Part shown: piece by piece, positions 18,977 to 29,812 of the stretch
How the letters are laid out: the number at the start of each line of letters is the position of its first letter
Numbering within the stretch: the stretch's first letter is position 1
DNA from: Cellvibrio sp.
GTDB taxonomy: Bacteria > Pseudomonadota > Gammaproteobacteria > Pseudomonadales > Cellvibrionaceae
Assembly (NCBI GenBank): GCA_035490615.1
Contig: DATJLH010000228.1
Span: 1,025-65,024, forward strand
Direction of reading: 5' to 3'
DNA: 64,000 bases
Notes under the pieces: model-generated
Seen by the model: the letters and a program-made list of their open reading frames with translations, nothing else
What the model was told of the DNA's origin: nothing
Database searches by the model: none
Position numbers and translations under genes: made by a program

Positions 18977-19900
18977 ATGCTGACACCTGGCCCCGAACTA
19001 CAGACTTTACTCAATCAGCACCCCGCCCTGCGCTATATTTCGAGCCACGTTTACTATCCTGGCGCGGTGGGAGAGGGTTTACCGTTAATTCATCTGAAGA
19101 CAGACATCTGCGAAGCCGTTATTGCGCTTCAGGGCGCCCAATTGCTCCACTTTAAAACCACGGATGGTTCACCGCTGTTATGGTTAAGCCCGAATTGCAA
19201 TTTCACCGCAGGCACAGCCTTGCGTGGCGGCATTCCCCTGTGCTTGCCCTGGTTTGGTCCTAACGAACAGGACCCCAAAAAACCGAAACACGGTTTTGCA
19301 CGCAACCAGGATTGGGCGTTAACCCAGGCGCTGCACAACCCCGATGGTAGTTATGAGTTGGTGTTTGCGTTCCGTAGCGCGGCAAATACATTGTTTGCGT
19401 TTGATTTTTCCGCGCAATTGCGCATGACATTGGGCGCTTCTGCCAAACTGGAGCTGCGGGTAAAGAACGACGACCAGAACGCGTTTGATTGCAGCTGGGC
19501 ATTGCATTCCTATCACCCGGTCCGCTCGCTGAGCGATGTACAGGTACTCGGTTTAGCAGAACGTAACTATCTCGATAATCTTGAGTCTCACGCGGTGAAA
19601 TATCAGCAGGGTAATCTGCGGTTCGTCGGTGAAGTAGATCGGGTATTTCCCGATGTAAACAATGGATTGACGATTGACGGCTCGCCCAGGATTCAGATCA
19701 CCCATGATAATTGTCCGAGCGTTATTACCTGGAATCCGGGGGCAGAAAATGCAGCAAAGATAGCCGATATCGGCGCAGGTCAGGAGCAGCATTATATTTG
19801 CGTGGAACGTGGCGCCGTACTGGATGAAAAGTGGCATATCAAACCCGGCCAAACCAAAACCGCCTGGCTGGAAATCAAGGAAATACCCCAAACCAAATAA
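18977..19900 (+). CDS. D-hexose-6-phosphate mutarotase (YeaD/aldose 1-epimerase family)
   Basis: LQGAQLL, LRGGIPLCLPWFG, HGFARNQDW, ALHSY, CVE. Confidence 0.85.
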   Translation: MLTPGPELQTLLNQHPALRYISSHVYYPGAVGEGLPLIHLKTDICEAVIALQGAQLLHFKTTDGSPLLWLSPNCNFTAGTALRGGIPLCLPWFGPNEQDPKKPKHGFARNQDWALTQALHNPDGSYELVFAFRSAANTLFAFDFSAQLRMTLGASAKLELRVKNDDQNAFDCSWALHSYHPVRSLSDVQVLGLAERNYLDNLESHAVKYQQGNLRFVGEVDRVFPDVNNGLTIDGSPRIQITHDNCPSVITWNPGAENAAKIADIGAGQEQHYICVERGAVLDEKWHIKPGQTKTAWLEIKEIPQTK

Positions 19901-19902
19901 TT

Positions 19903-19942
19903 GTTGGATTACGTCGCGCGTTGCGCGCCTAATCCAACCTAC
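19903..19942 (-). repeat. REP element variant
   Basis: GTAG-GTTGGATTAGG...TAATCCAAC on minus strand; both stem arms changed C-G to T-A relative to the other copies. Confidence 0.8.
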
Positions 19943-19960
19943 GATACGCATTCGGCAAAC

Positions 19961-19989
19961 AAAAAAGCCACCTCATGGGTGGCTTTTTT
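19961..19989. terminator. Bidirectional terminator between mutarotase and mdh
   Basis: AAAAAAGCCACC-tcatg-GGTGGCTTTTTT. Confidence 0.88.
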
Positions 19990-20007
19990 GTACCGAAATT
20001 GCAGTAA

Positions 20008-20991
20008 TTACGCAGGCAATAATTCCTTAACCGCGTCGCGCTCTTCCTGCAATTCTTTCTCAGTCGCTTGCATCTTCGCGCGTGAGAAATCATTGATCGC
20101 AACACCTTGAACGATTTCCCAATCACCGTTTTTGCACACACAGGGGAAAGAGTAGATCAGGCCTTTCTCGATGCCGTAGCTACCATCGCTATACACGCCC
20201 ATGCTAACCCAGTCACCGTCCGGTGTACCCAACGCCCAGTCGCGCATGTGGAAGATCGCTGCGTTGGCCGCAGAGGCCGCAGAAGATGCACCACGTGCGG
20301 CGATGATCGCTGCACCACGTTGTTGTACGGTAGGAATGTAATCCGCTTCGTACCAGGCTTGGTCAATCAGGCTCATGGCATCTTTGCCGTCCACTTTAGC
20401 CTGGTGCAGATCAGGATACTGTGTGGAAGAGTGGTTGCCCCAGATGGTCAACTTGGTGATGTCGTTGATGCTCTTACCCGTCTTGGCGGCCAATTGGCTC
20501 AGACCACGGTTGTGATCCAGACGAGTCATGGCGGTGAATTGACGCGGGTTGATATCCGGCGCATTGCGCTGGGCGATCAAGGCGTTGGTGTTAGCAGGGT
20601 TACCTACGACCAATACTTTGATGTTACGCGAGGCGTGGTCGTTGATGGCTTTGCCTTGTACCGAGAAGATAGCAGCGTTAGCAGACAGCAAGTCTTTACG
20701 CTCCATGCCCGGGCCGCGTGGGCGAGCACCAACCAGCAGCGCGTAGTCGGTATCTTTGAACGCTACGTTAGGGTCATCGGTACAGATAATATCGGTCAGC
20801 AATGGGAAGGCACAGTCGTCCAGTTCCATGGCTACGCCCTGCAGGGCTTTCAGCGCCGGGGTGATTTCCAGCAATTGCAGAATCACAGGTTGATCCTTGC
20901 CCAGCATATCGCCAGCAGCGATACGGAACAGGAGGGAATAGCTGATTTGGCCAGCAGCGCCAGTGACGGTAACTCTTACGGGTGCTTTCAC
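20008..20991 (-). CDS. mdh: Malate dehydrogenase (MDH type 2)
   Basis: [50 protein letters not shown]; GTG start at 20991. Confidence 0.95.
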   Translation of the reverse strand: MKAPVRVTVTGAAGQISYSLLFRIAAGDMLGKDQPVILQLLEITPALKALQGVAMELDDCAFPLLTDIICTDDPNVAFKDTDYALLVGARPRGPGMERKDLLSANAAIFSVQGKAINDHASRNIKVLVVGNPANTNALIAQRNAPDINPRQFTAMTRLDHNRGLSQLAAKTGKSINDITKLTIWGNHSSTQYPDLHQAKVDGKDAMSLIDQAWYEADYIPTVQQRGAAIIAARGASSAASAANAAIFHMRDWALGTPDGDWVSMGVYSDGSYGIEKGLIYSFPCVCKNGDWEIVQGVAINDFSRAKMQATEKELQEERDAVKELLPA

Positions 20992-21327
20992 AGTGGGACT
21001 CCGTTTTGTGGGTAAAATCGGTTGACTAAACAGAAGGCCGGCATTTTGTGCCGTTTGACGGGCCGGCATTATATAGCTATTTGGGAATAGATTTCATCTG
21101 CTGGCATCCGAATGAGGCCCTTCTCCCTGATATTGATCAATATTCGGCCTGACCCAATCAGCCGTGGACTCATACTTTTCGCGCAAAAAATAATACTTTC
21201 CTTGCATTTTGTGCGCCGCCGCCAGCGGCCAAAAGAACAGCTGGGATAAGATGACATCGTTGTATTCAGGTATAAAAAGGTGGTTCCAAAACGCTAACAA
21301 CAACCGCGCGCTTCGCCGAGGCTCACC

Positions 21328-22185
21328 ATGAAACCTATGTACGAGAAGGTGTTACCGACAGAAAATTCCTCCTGGCGTTACTGGTTATACGCGCTCGACG
21401 ACATCCCCTTTAACTGGCACTACCACCCCGAATATGAAATCTGCCTGACGCTCAACAGCCGTGGACAACGTTACATTGGCGACAACATTGCCAACTACGA
21501 TGACCTGGACCTGGTCCTGCTCGGCCCCAAATTGCCACACACCTGGTGCTCCAAAACCTTGATTGAACCGGGCCAACATCTCACCTATGTGGCGCAACTT
21601 CCCACCCAATGGATCGAAGCCGTGGCCCAGATGCCGGAACTCCAATCACTGGGCGACTTGCTGACTAAAAGTAAACGCGGCGTCGCATTCAGTCGTGCAA
21701 CCGCTGAAGCGACCCGCGCACGATTCGTTGCCATGGCCGACGCTTCACCCATGCAACGTTTGATCTGGTTGCTTGAAATACTGCAATTCATGATCGAAGA
21801 CAGCACAGCGCGCCCCATCTCCAGCGACGGCTATGCCCCCGCCAGTTTTCCCGACTCCGCCACCGAAAAAATCGACAAGGTCATTGCCTACATTCACAAA
21901 CACTACACCAGCGACCTCTGCGCCGAGCAGATGGCCAGCCTCGCTCACATGAGCACCAACCACTTCCACCGATTCTTCAAACAACGCACAGAACAGACCT
22001 TTACGGAATACGTGAATCAATTGCGGATCGGCAAAGCCTGCTCATTACTGCTGACAACAGACTTGCCGATTTCAACGGTGAGTTATCGCTGCGGGTTTAA
22101 TAATATTTCGAATTTCAATCGGCGGTTTTTGCAGTTGAAGCGGTTTACACCGAGGGAATTTAAGCGGAATTATCATCAGGGATAA
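21328..22185 (+). CDS. AraC family transcriptional regulator (cupin + HTH)
   Basis: WHYHPEYE N-domain; C-terminal dual HTH ending CGFNNISNFNRRF. Confidence 0.9.
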   Translation: MKPMYEKVLPTENSSWRYWLYALDDIPFNWHYHPEYEICLTLNSRGQRYIGDNIANYDDLDLVLLGPKLPHTWCSKTLIEPGQHLTYVAQLPTQWIEAVAQMPELQSLGDLLTKSKRGVAFSRATAEATRARFVAMADASPMQRLIWLLEILQFMIEDSTARPISSDGYAPASFPDSATEKIDKVIAYIHKHYTSDLCAEQMASLAHMSTNHFHRFFKQRTEQTFTEYVNQLRIGKACSLLLTTDLPISTVSYRCGFNNISNFNRRFLQLKRFTPREFKRNYHQG

Positions 22186-22209
22186 CCGGTACCAGTGTAC
22201 CGGTTATTC

Positions 22210-22842
22210 TCAATGAATGTGGTCATACCGCGCTTTTAATGCCTCATACAACTCATCCTTAAAACTCAGTTTCCCTGCATCCAGACTCTGCACCACCTCA
22301 ACCAAATGTTCGTTATCTTCGCGGCCATCATGCCAATGCTTGCGGTAGCTGCCGTCTTTATAACCGTTATCCTGGCGGAAAAAATTCAATACATTTTTGC
22401 CTACATAACCGCGATAAAGTTGATCAAAGCTCATATCTACGCCCGCCATCAAACGACCGAATAAAGCTATGTGGAATTGACGATCCGCCAGGGTTGCGCC
22501 GGCAAAAGCTTCAAGGTCGAGACGGAAATCTGACTGTTCAGTAGTGATGTGCAGCTCGTCCTGGACACGTGCAATAATGGCGCCCTGGGTTTCACCGGAT
22601 TGCAACAGGATACTTAAGCCAAAATGCCAGATGTCGATTAATTCCAGCGCGACTTGTTCTGTATCCGGCGTTTGTTTTTTCCACCACTTCCAACCGTAAT
22701 GGTCCATCAATTCTGCGCACTCTACCCAAATCGCGCGGTACCATTCGTAGCCCTGTTCGCGCCAGTTGGCGGTGACTTTGGTATTCATGCTGTCTTGTAA
22801 TTCGAGCATGATCTGAATCTGTTGTGCTTGTGCGTTCATCAA
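22210..22842 (-). CDS. Dimeric (all-alpha) dUTP diphosphatase
   Basis: ECAELMDHYGWKWWKK, ELIDIWHFGLS, YVGKNVLNFFRQDNGY. Confidence 0.85.
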   Translation of the reverse strand: MMNAQAQQIQIMLELQDSMNTKVTANWREQGYEWYRAIWVECAELMDHYGWKWWKKQTPDTEQVALELIDIWHFGLSILLQSGETQGAIIARVQDELHITTEQSDFRLDLEAFAGATLADRQFHIALFGRLMAGVDMSFDQLYRGYVGKNVLNFFRQDNGYKDGSYRKHWHDGREDNEHLVEVVQSLDAGKLSFKDELYEALKARYDHIH

Positions 22843-22857
22843 TGTTTCTCTTCAGAA

Positions 22858-23649
22858 TTAATGGGGCAGATACTGTTTTGCACGGGTGAACAAACGATAA
22901 AAATTGTCGGTGGTCTGTTGCGCAAGCTCTTCAAAGGCCATACCGCGCACTTCGGCCACAAACTCAGCCACTTCGCGCACGTAGCGCGGCTCGTTCGGTT
23001 TGCCACGATAAGGAACCGGCGCCAGATACGGCGAATCAGTTTCAACCAGCAAACGGTCAATGGGCATCTTGCGCACCACATCGCGAATTTGTTCGGCGTT
23101 TTTAAAGGTGACAATACCGGAAATGGAAATGTAGTAATTCAAATCCAGCGCGCGCCTGGCCATGTCCCAATCTTCAGTAAAACAATGCAACACGCCTGCG
23201 TGCTCTAGACTGCCGTGGGCTTTTATTAAATCGATAGTATCGTCACGCGCTTCACGGGTGTGCACAACAACAGGCAATCCGGTTTTACCGCCAACCTCCA
23301 GGTGCAAAGCAAAACTTTCATGTTGCAACGCTTTGCTTTCCGTTTCGTAGTGATAATCCAGGCCGGTCTCACCCAAGGCAACTACCTTGGGTTGCTGCGC
23401 CCATTGCAGCAGTTGTTCGGCGCTGGCCGTACCTTCTTTTACATCGCAGGGGTGTACACCGACCGATGCCACGACACTGGGATGCTGTTGGGCAATATCA
23501 ATAACCGTCTGGATATTGTCCAGGCTGATACCGATGCACAGCATTTGCTGGATGCCGCGCGCATGCGCAGCCTGGATTGCACCGGCCAGTTGCCCGTCGT
23601 ATGGCGTCAGGTTGATACGGTCAAGGTGACAATGGGAGTCGACTAACAT
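22858..23649 (-). CDS. TatD family hydrolase (YcfH)
   Basis: DSHCH, GETGLD, VVHTR, LHCF, ETDSPYLAP. Confidence 0.92.
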   Translation of the reverse strand: MLVDSHCHLDRINLTPYDGQLAGAIQAAHARGIQQMLCIGISLDNIQTVIDIAQQHPSVVASVGVHPCDVKEGTASAEQLLQWAQQPKVVALGETGLDYHYETESKALQHESFALHLEVGGKTGLPVVVHTREARDDTIDLIKAHGSLEHAGVLHCFTEDWDMARRALDLNYYISISGIVTFKNAEQIRDVVRKMPIDRLLVETDSPYLAPVPYRGKPNEPRYVREVAEFVAEVRGMAFEELAQQTTDNFYRLFTRAKQYLPH

Positions 23650-23740
23650 AATGCTGAACCCTGGTTAATACGGATGGGTTAATACGGATGTAAAAAAGCC
23701 AGGACTGGCCTGGCTTCCCGGGTGCGATTGTAACGAATCT

Positions 23741-24094
23741 TTACATGGTATGGGTGGGTCTGTCGGAAGAGAGCGAGCCGGCCAGATACGTTTCGATCTT
23801 GTTGACGGCGGTGTTGTCCTGGTCACTGAACTGCACACCGATGCCCGCCGCACGGTTGCCCTGCGCCCCTTTGGGAGTAACCCAGACGACCTTACCAGCC
23901 ACGGGAATCTTTTCCGATTCGTCCATCAGGCTGAGCAACATAAAGACTTCGTCGCCCAATTTATAACTCTTGCTCGTGGGGATAAACATGCCGCCGTTTT
24001 TCACAAAAGGCATATAGGCAGCATAGAGCACCGCCTTGTCTTTGATGGTCAGGGAAAGAATGCCATTGCGGGCACCGCCGCCAATCGCTTGCAT
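23741..24094 (-). CDS. pilZ: Type IV pilus biogenesis protein PilZ
   Basis: LSLTIKDKAVLYAAYMPFVKNGGMFIPT...GKVVWVTP...RPTHTM. Confidence 0.92.
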   Translation of the reverse strand: MQAIGGGARNGILSLTIKDKAVLYAAYMPFVKNGGMFIPTSKSYKLGDEVFMLLSLMDESEKIPVAGKVVWVTPKGAQGNRAAGIGVQFSDQDNTAVNKIETYLAGSLSSDRPTHTM

Positions 24095-24146
24095 AGGACT
24101 ACCTGTTTAACCGAAAACAATGAAGGAACACTAATAGATTAGTCTA

Positions 24147-25172
24147 CTACTGTCCAGCCGCCAGCGGCCGATTCGTGCTGGCGCGCAACAAAGCACCCCA
24201 ATCGAGAAATAATTCCTCCAATAACAACTGCTTATTGGGATTTGCACCGCTCAGTAACTGCTTTTTATTGGTCAGGATTTTCTCTATGTAGCGATGCAGT
24301 AAGCCGGGAGAAATATAACTCACGCGTTCGCGAACTTCAGGCGGCATAGCTTTGATCCGGGGATCATCCACGCCCACCCGCCAACGCGCCAGGCCGTGTA
24401 ACCAGCCCAGAAACCATTCAATGATCGCCACCACATCATCCGTGTGCCATTGCTGCGCCAGTTCAATGGCGGACAGCTGGCCGAGCGTCAGGCGGGCCAG
24501 GTTATCCTGCAATTGCCGGTAGCGTTCCAGGGCATCGCCTTCCAGCAGTGCGAGGGCGGTCAAGGGTGCGCCGCGCGCGACAGATAACAGGTCTTGGGGT
24601 TGCGTATTGGAGCCGGTCATCAAGGGGGTCAGCCAATGCAGGACCTGCTCTTCGCGGGGCATGGGCAGTAACCGCAATTGGCAGCGACTGCGAATAGTCG
24701 GCAAGACGGCGCTGGGGGTATGGCTCACCAGGATCAACAGGGTATTGTTAGCCGGCTCTTCAAGCGATTTGAGCAAGGCATTGGCGGAGTTGGTATTCAT
24801 GGCCTCCGCCGGTTCCAGCACGAGCACTTTGTAACCGCCCTGCTGTGCAGTTTTTCCCAGGGACTCAATCAACCCCCGCACCTGGTCCACTTTGATGGCT
24901 TTACTGCCCTCTTCCGGTTCGAGCACTAAAAAGTCGGGATGAGTCTGAGCGTGGTTCAATTGGCAGGAGCGACATTTACCACAGGGCGTACCTTCAACGG
25001 GCGAGAGGCACAACAACACATGCGCAAGCGCTTCCGCCAAATGCCGTTTGCCGATGCCTTTGGGACCGGCCAGCATCAACGCATGGGGTAATTTATCTGC
25101 CGCCATTTGCGCGCATAGCTGCTGCCAATCGCCTTGTTGCCAGGGATAGGGTAGTGCCGGGAAGTCACTCAT
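24147..25172 (-). CDS. holB: DNA polymerase III subunit delta'
   Basis: YPWQ, HALMLAGPKGIGK, CGKCRSC zinc motif, HPD, ANALLKSLEEP, PTIRSRC. Confidence 0.93.
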   Translation of the reverse strand: MSDFPALPYPWQQGDWQQLCAQMAADKLPHALMLAGPKGIGKRHLAEALAHVLLCLSPVEGTPCGKCRSCQLNHAQTHPDFLVLEPEEGSKAIKVDQVRGLIESLGKTAQQGGYKVLVLEPAEAMNTNSANALLKSLEEPANNTLLILVSHTPSAVLPTIRSRCQLRLLPMPREEQVLHWLTPLMTGSNTQPQDLLSVARGAPLTALALLEGDALERYRQLQDNLARLTLGQLSAIELAQQWHTDDVVAIIEWFLGWLHGLARWRVGVDDPRIKAMPPEVRERVSYISPGLLHRYIEKILTNKKQLLSGANPNKQLLLEELFLDWGALLRASTNRPLAAGQ

Positions 25173-25275
25173 GCCGGGAAAACTCGTCTGAAAAACCATG
25201 TAAAAACGTCAATGCGGGCGCAAGCTTAGCAATTATTTGCGATAATCGCCGCCCTTTTAGCGAACCCGCCGAATT

Positions 25276-25914
25276 ATGACTGAGCACACTCTGGACATTC
25301 TCTACCGCGACGAGGATCTGCTGATCCTTAATAAACCCGCTGGCCTGCTGACCGTCCCCGGCAAAGGCCCGGACAATCAGGACTGCCTGATTCGCCGCGC
25401 GCTTGGCCCGTTTCCCAATGCCCGGGTTGTCCATCGGCTGGATCAAGGCACTTCCGGCATTGTGATGTTTCCGCTCAATTACATCACCCTGCGAACCCTG
25501 ACCAAACAGTTTGAGGCGCGCGGCGTTCACAAGCGTTACGTCGCAGAGGTATCCGGGCTGATGGAAGCGGATGAGGGCGAGGTTAAATTGCCCCTGATCT
25601 GCGACTGGCCCAACCGACCGCTGCAAAAGGTGTGTTTTGAACACGGCAAGGCGGCACACACACGCTACCAAGTGCTGGGGCGGGATGCAGAGGCGCACAC
25701 TACGCGGGTTTTACTGGAACCGGTCAGCGGTCGCACACACCAGTTGCGTGTCCACATGCTGGCCCTGGGTCATCCGATCATCGGCGACCGCCTTTACGCC
25801 CCCGCAGAGATTCAGGCCCGCGCGCCGCGCTTGTTGTTGCATGCACAGCAGATCTACTTCAACCACCCCATCTCTGGCCAGCTAGTGGACATCCACTGCC
25901 CGCCTGCTTTTTAG
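25276..25914 (+). CDS. rluA: RluA-family pseudouridine synthase
   Basis: NKPAGLLTVPG, VHRLDQGTSG, LICDWPNRPLQKV, GRTHQLRVHM..LGHPIIGD. Confidence 0.8.
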   Translation: MTEHTLDILYRDEDLLILNKPAGLLTVPGKGPDNQDCLIRRALGPFPNARVVHRLDQGTSGIVMFPLNYITLRTLTKQFEARGVHKRYVAEVSGLMEADEGEVKLPLICDWPNRPLQKVCFEHGKAAHTRYQVLGRDAEAHTTRVLLEPVSGRTHQLRVHMLALGHPIIGDRLYAPAEIQARAPRLLLHAQQIYFNHPISGQLVDIHCPPAF

Positions 25915-26027
25915 TCGTTCCTTGTTGATCGTTCGCTTTTAATAACGCCGCCTATCAAATTCACATCGTTCAATTCTTAAAAATTCTATTAAGTAGTATT
26001 TTTAATTGCCTAGAATTATAAATGCGC

Positions 26028-26051
26028 ACAATGTGATGAACATCACATTGT
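26028..26051. promoter_or_regulatory. CRP/Vfr-type binding site
   Basis: ACAA-TGTGA-TGAACA-TCACA-TTGT: exact TGTGA-N6-TCACA with 10 bp perfect arms. Confidence 0.75.
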
Positions 26052-26094
26052 CGCTACCTTCTTATTTAGTCTTTTTGTTCAGGATAGTTACCCG

Positions 26095-27255
26095 ATGAAG
26101 AAAACCCTGCTTAGTCTGGCATTGATTGCCGCTGCCTCTGGCGCTGTCGCATCTGAGGAGTTTAATGGTCGTTTAACAGGCATGTCCGGCGCGGGCCTGG
26201 TTACCGCCGGTTATGCCGATGGTGTATTGGCAAATCCCAGTATGGGTGCAGCCTTTGGCGAGAAAGATGATGTTGCGCTGGTCATCAACGCCGGCGGTGT
26301 CGGCTCCGATAAAGATGAACTGATTGATGCGATGGATGAACTGGTGGACTACGTCGACTACCTCGATAGCATCACCAACGTCCAGGATCTAAATCAGGAC
26401 ATGGCCGATACGCTGATTGACAGAATCCGGGCTGTTGAGGATAAGGGTGTGAACGTTAACGCGGGTGCCAGCGTCGTACTCGCCATCCCTAACGAGGTGC
26501 TGTCGCTCGCCTTTATCGCCAAGGCCCGCGCGCAACTGGGCGTGGTAACCCTGATTGATCAGGACGATTATGCGCTCATTGAAAACGCGGTGGATTCGCC
26601 CTTTGACACCGAAGACCTCAATTCTTCCGTGCTGGGTAAAGGTGCGCTGATACGTGAATACGGCCTGGCCTTATCAAAGCGTTTCGGCACAGCCGATGGC
26701 GAACAGTGGCTGGTGGGTGTGACCCCCAAGCGCGTGACAGTGGAAACCATCGTCTATAACGCCACCGTCTCTGAATATGATGAAGATGACTTTGATGCAG
26801 AGGACTACACCCTCGAAAACAGCGCTACCAGCTTCGATGCCGGTATTACCTACATCAGCGGCAACCTGCGGTATGGGCTGGTCGTAAAAGACGCTATCAG
26901 TCATGACTTCGCCGCTATCGATGGCGACCCCCTGAGCATCAAGCCCCTGGCCACCACGGCAATCGGCTACAGCAACGGCTGGTTAAAGGCAGAAGCTGCA
27001 TTGGATCTGAATGCCGTACCGGCCTTTGGATTAGCGGGCGATGTGCAGATACTGCGTGCAGGCCTGGAAGTCAGTCCTTTGTCATGGTTGCAATTGCGCC
27101 TGGGGTTACACCAGGATCTGGAAAATACGCTGGAAGATACCTACTCGGCCGGCATCGGCTTGTCACCATTCGATACCATCAATCTGGATGTCGCGGCGGT
27201 AACCGGCCAGGACAACACCATCGGCGGTGCGGTGCAGTTGGGACTGCGGTTCTAA
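26095..27255 (+). CDS. Outer-membrane beta-barrel protein, TraF_2/FadL-like
   Basis: Signal peptide; GMSGAG...ANP N-terminal motif; alternating beta strands; C-terminal QLGLRF with terminal Phe. Confidence 0.65.
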   Translation: MKKTLLSLALIAAASGAVASEEFNGRLTGMSGAGLVTAGYADGVLANPSMGAAFGEKDDVALVINAGGVGSDKDELIDAMDELVDYVDYLDSITNVQDLNQDMADTLIDRIRAVEDKGVNVNAGASVVLAIPNEVLSLAFIAKARAQLGVVTLIDQDDYALIENAVDSPFDTEDLNSSVLGKGALIREYGLALSKRFGTADGEQWLVGVTPKRVTVETIVYNATVSEYDEDDFDAEDYTLENSATSFDAGITYISGNLRYGLVVKDAISHDFAAIDGDPLSIKPLATTAIGYSNGWLKAEAALDLNAVPAFGLAGDVQILRAGLEVSPLSWLQLRLGLHQDLENTLEDTYSAGIGLSPFDTINLDVAAVTGQDNTIGGAVQLGLRF

Positions 27256-27326
27256 CGGCCAAGGTCGCGCTTTCTCAGGGTGTGGGTTTATCCCACATCC
27301 TGTTAGCACGTCAACAACATACCGAA

Positions 27327-27989
<663 letters not shown>

Positions 27990-28062
27990 TCAGGGTTCCT
28001 TCACCCTCGGCGAGCGCGTATCATAACCGCTTTTTTAGCCTTTGCTTTCACTGGAGACGAAG

Positions 28063-28554
28063 ATGATTACCCTGCACACAAACCACGGCGACATAGTAAT
28101 CGAACTGGATTTTGACAAGGCACCTAAAACGGCGGCCAATTTTAAACAATATGCGGAAGAAGGTTTTTACAACGGCACCATCTTTCACCGCGTGATTGAC
28201 GGCTTTATGGTTCAGGGCGGCGGTATGACCGAAGATATGGAACAGAAAAAAACCCGCGCGCCGATTGAAAACGAAGCTGACAATGGGTTGAAAAATGTCA
28301 CAGGCAGCCTGGCTATGGCGCGCACCAATGATCCACACAGCGCAACCGCGCAATTTTTTATCAACGTTAAAGACAACAGTTTCCTCAATCACAGTAGCAA
28401 AAGTGCGCAAGGCTGGGGTTACTGTGTATTCGGCAAAGTCACCGAAGGTATGGACGTCGTCAACAAGATTAAAGGTGTAAAAACCGGCAATAAAGGCTTT
28501 CATCAGGATGTACCGGTAGAACCTGTTGTCATCGAAAAAGTGACCGTCGCTTAA
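28063..28554 (+). CDS. ppiB: Peptidyl-prolyl cis-trans isomerase B (cyclophilin)
   Basis: [37 protein letters not shown]. Confidence 0.95.
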   Translation: MITLHTNHGDIVIELDFDKAPKTAANFKQYAEEGFYNGTIFHRVIDGFMVQGGGMTEDMEQKKTRAPIENEADNGLKNVTGSLAMARTNDPHSATAQFFINVKDNSFLNHSSKSAQGWGYCVFGKVTEGMDVVNKIKGVKTGNKGFHQDVPVEPVVIEKVTVA

Positions 28555-28561
28555 GCGACAC

Positions 28562-28599
28562 AGTGATCGCCGGGAATACATTCGGCGATCACTTTTTTT
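28562..28599 (+). terminator. Terminator-like hairpin between ppiB and lpxH
   Basis: GTGATCGCCG-ggaatacatt-CGGCGATCAC-TTTTTTT. Confidence 0.75.
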
Positions 28600-28651
28600 A
28601 TCTCACTCTCGCGAACTCCATAATAAATCACCTGGTTGTGTAACCCTTCTG

Positions 28652-29380
28652 ATGACCACACTGTTTATTTCTGACCTGCATCTTCACGAATCCCGTCCGG
28701 CAGTGACCGAGGCGTTTTATCAATTTTTACGCGAGCGCGCCGGCAATGCCGAAGCACTTTATATTCTGGGTGATTTTTTTGATGCCTGGATTGGCGACGA
28801 TGACGACTCGCCGCTAAACGCGGCCACCGCGCAGGAGTTACGCCAGCTGTCCGATCAGGGAACCACTATTTTTTTAATGCACGGCAATCGCGATTTTCTA
28901 TTGGGCGAAACTTTTGCGACAGCGGCAGGAGCACGTTTACTGGTCGACCCCACACTCATTGATTTGTATGGTCAACCTACCCTGCTAATGCACGGTGATA
29001 CGTTGTGCACCCGTGATACGGAATATCAGGCTTTTCGGCAACAGGTTCGCTCCGCAGCATGGCAGCAACAGATATTGTCACAGCCGCTTGCAGCGCGCCG
29101 TGCATTGGCGGCACAAATTCGCGCCCAAAGCAAAAGCATGAACAGCATCAAAGCAGAAGATATTATGGATGTTACGCCGGATGAAGTGGTGCGTGTTATG
29201 CAGGCCCACGGCGTGCGGCAATTGATTCATGGCCACACTCACAGACCCGCCCGCCACCCACTGACGATTGACGGCGCGCCAGCCGAAAGAATCGTGCTCG
29301 GCGACTGGCATGACGCTGCCTGGTGTATTTATGCGGACCCTGGCGGCCTTGAATTACGCCACTGGTCGATCCGCAATTGA
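28652..29380 (+). CDS. lpxH: UDP-2,3-diacylglucosamine hydrolase
   Basis: FISDLH, LGDFFDAWIGDD, HGNRDF, HGD, HGHTHRP, LGDW. Confidence 0.93.
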   Translation: MTTLFISDLHLHESRPAVTEAFYQFLRERAGNAEALYILGDFFDAWIGDDDDSPLNAATAQELRQLSDQGTTIFLMHGNRDFLLGETFATAAGARLLVDPTLIDLYGQPTLLMHGDTLCTRDTEYQAFRQQVRSAAWQQQILSQPLAARRALAAQIRAQSKSMNSIKAEDIMDVTPDEVVRVMQAHGVRQLIHGHTHRPARHPLTIDGAPAERIVLGDWHDAAWCIYADPGGLELRHWSIRN

Positions 29381-29407
29381 TATTCCGTGGTTGATTTGAA
29401 ATATCAC

Positions 29408-29782
29408 TCAACGATTCGTCATCATGGATAATCCACCCAGGATGACGAATACCGGCCACCAGGTGAAAAACGACAGATCGATAAGAAAAATCAGCGCAAT
29501 AAAAATAATAAACGCAGCCGATACCAGCGAGTTGGCCATCGCCGCACCAAAACCTTCGCGGCGATAAGCCACATAGGCTTGCTGTAACGGCCCTACCGAC
29601 GCCACCAGAATAAATAACGCCCACCAGTTATCCAGGTGCAGGAAGAAAAAATCCACACCCAGGTTGCGCGCGAGTAACACCACCCCGATTAATATAATCG
29701 CCAACCCAAGGGGCCAGGTTGCAGAGCGGGTTTTACTCTTCCTGGATGTGTCTTGCTGTTCAATCTTTTCTGTGTTCATCAC
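29408..29782 (-). CDS. Small membrane protein (LiaF/DUF5668-like TM domain)
   Basis: Four hydrophobic segments; WPLGLAIILIG, WWPVFVILGG. Confidence 0.55.
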   Translation of the reverse strand: MMNTEKIEQQDTSRKSKTRSATWPLGLAIILIGVVLLARNLGVDFFFLHLDNWWALFILVASVGPLQQAYVAYRREGFGAAMANSLVSAAFIIFIALIFLIDLSFFTWWPVFVILGGLSMMTNR

Positions 29783-29812
29783 TGTGGACTCCCTACATTG
29801 TCATCGGCCAGG

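Noticed and set aside
20107-21015. Long antisense ORFs over mdh, acnB (33424-34662) and other highly expressed genes
   Set aside because: Expected shadow ORFs from strong codon bias; no recognisable motifs
22183-22209. Palindrome ATAACCGGTAC-cagt-GTACCGGTTAT
   Set aside because: Lies between convergent stop codons; best explained as an ordinary terminator hairpin
26095-27255. TraF-like gene as evidence of a conjugative element (also TraB/GumN at 39259)
   Set aside because: No relaxase, T4SS ATPase or other tra genes; both families occur as stand-alone chromosomal genes
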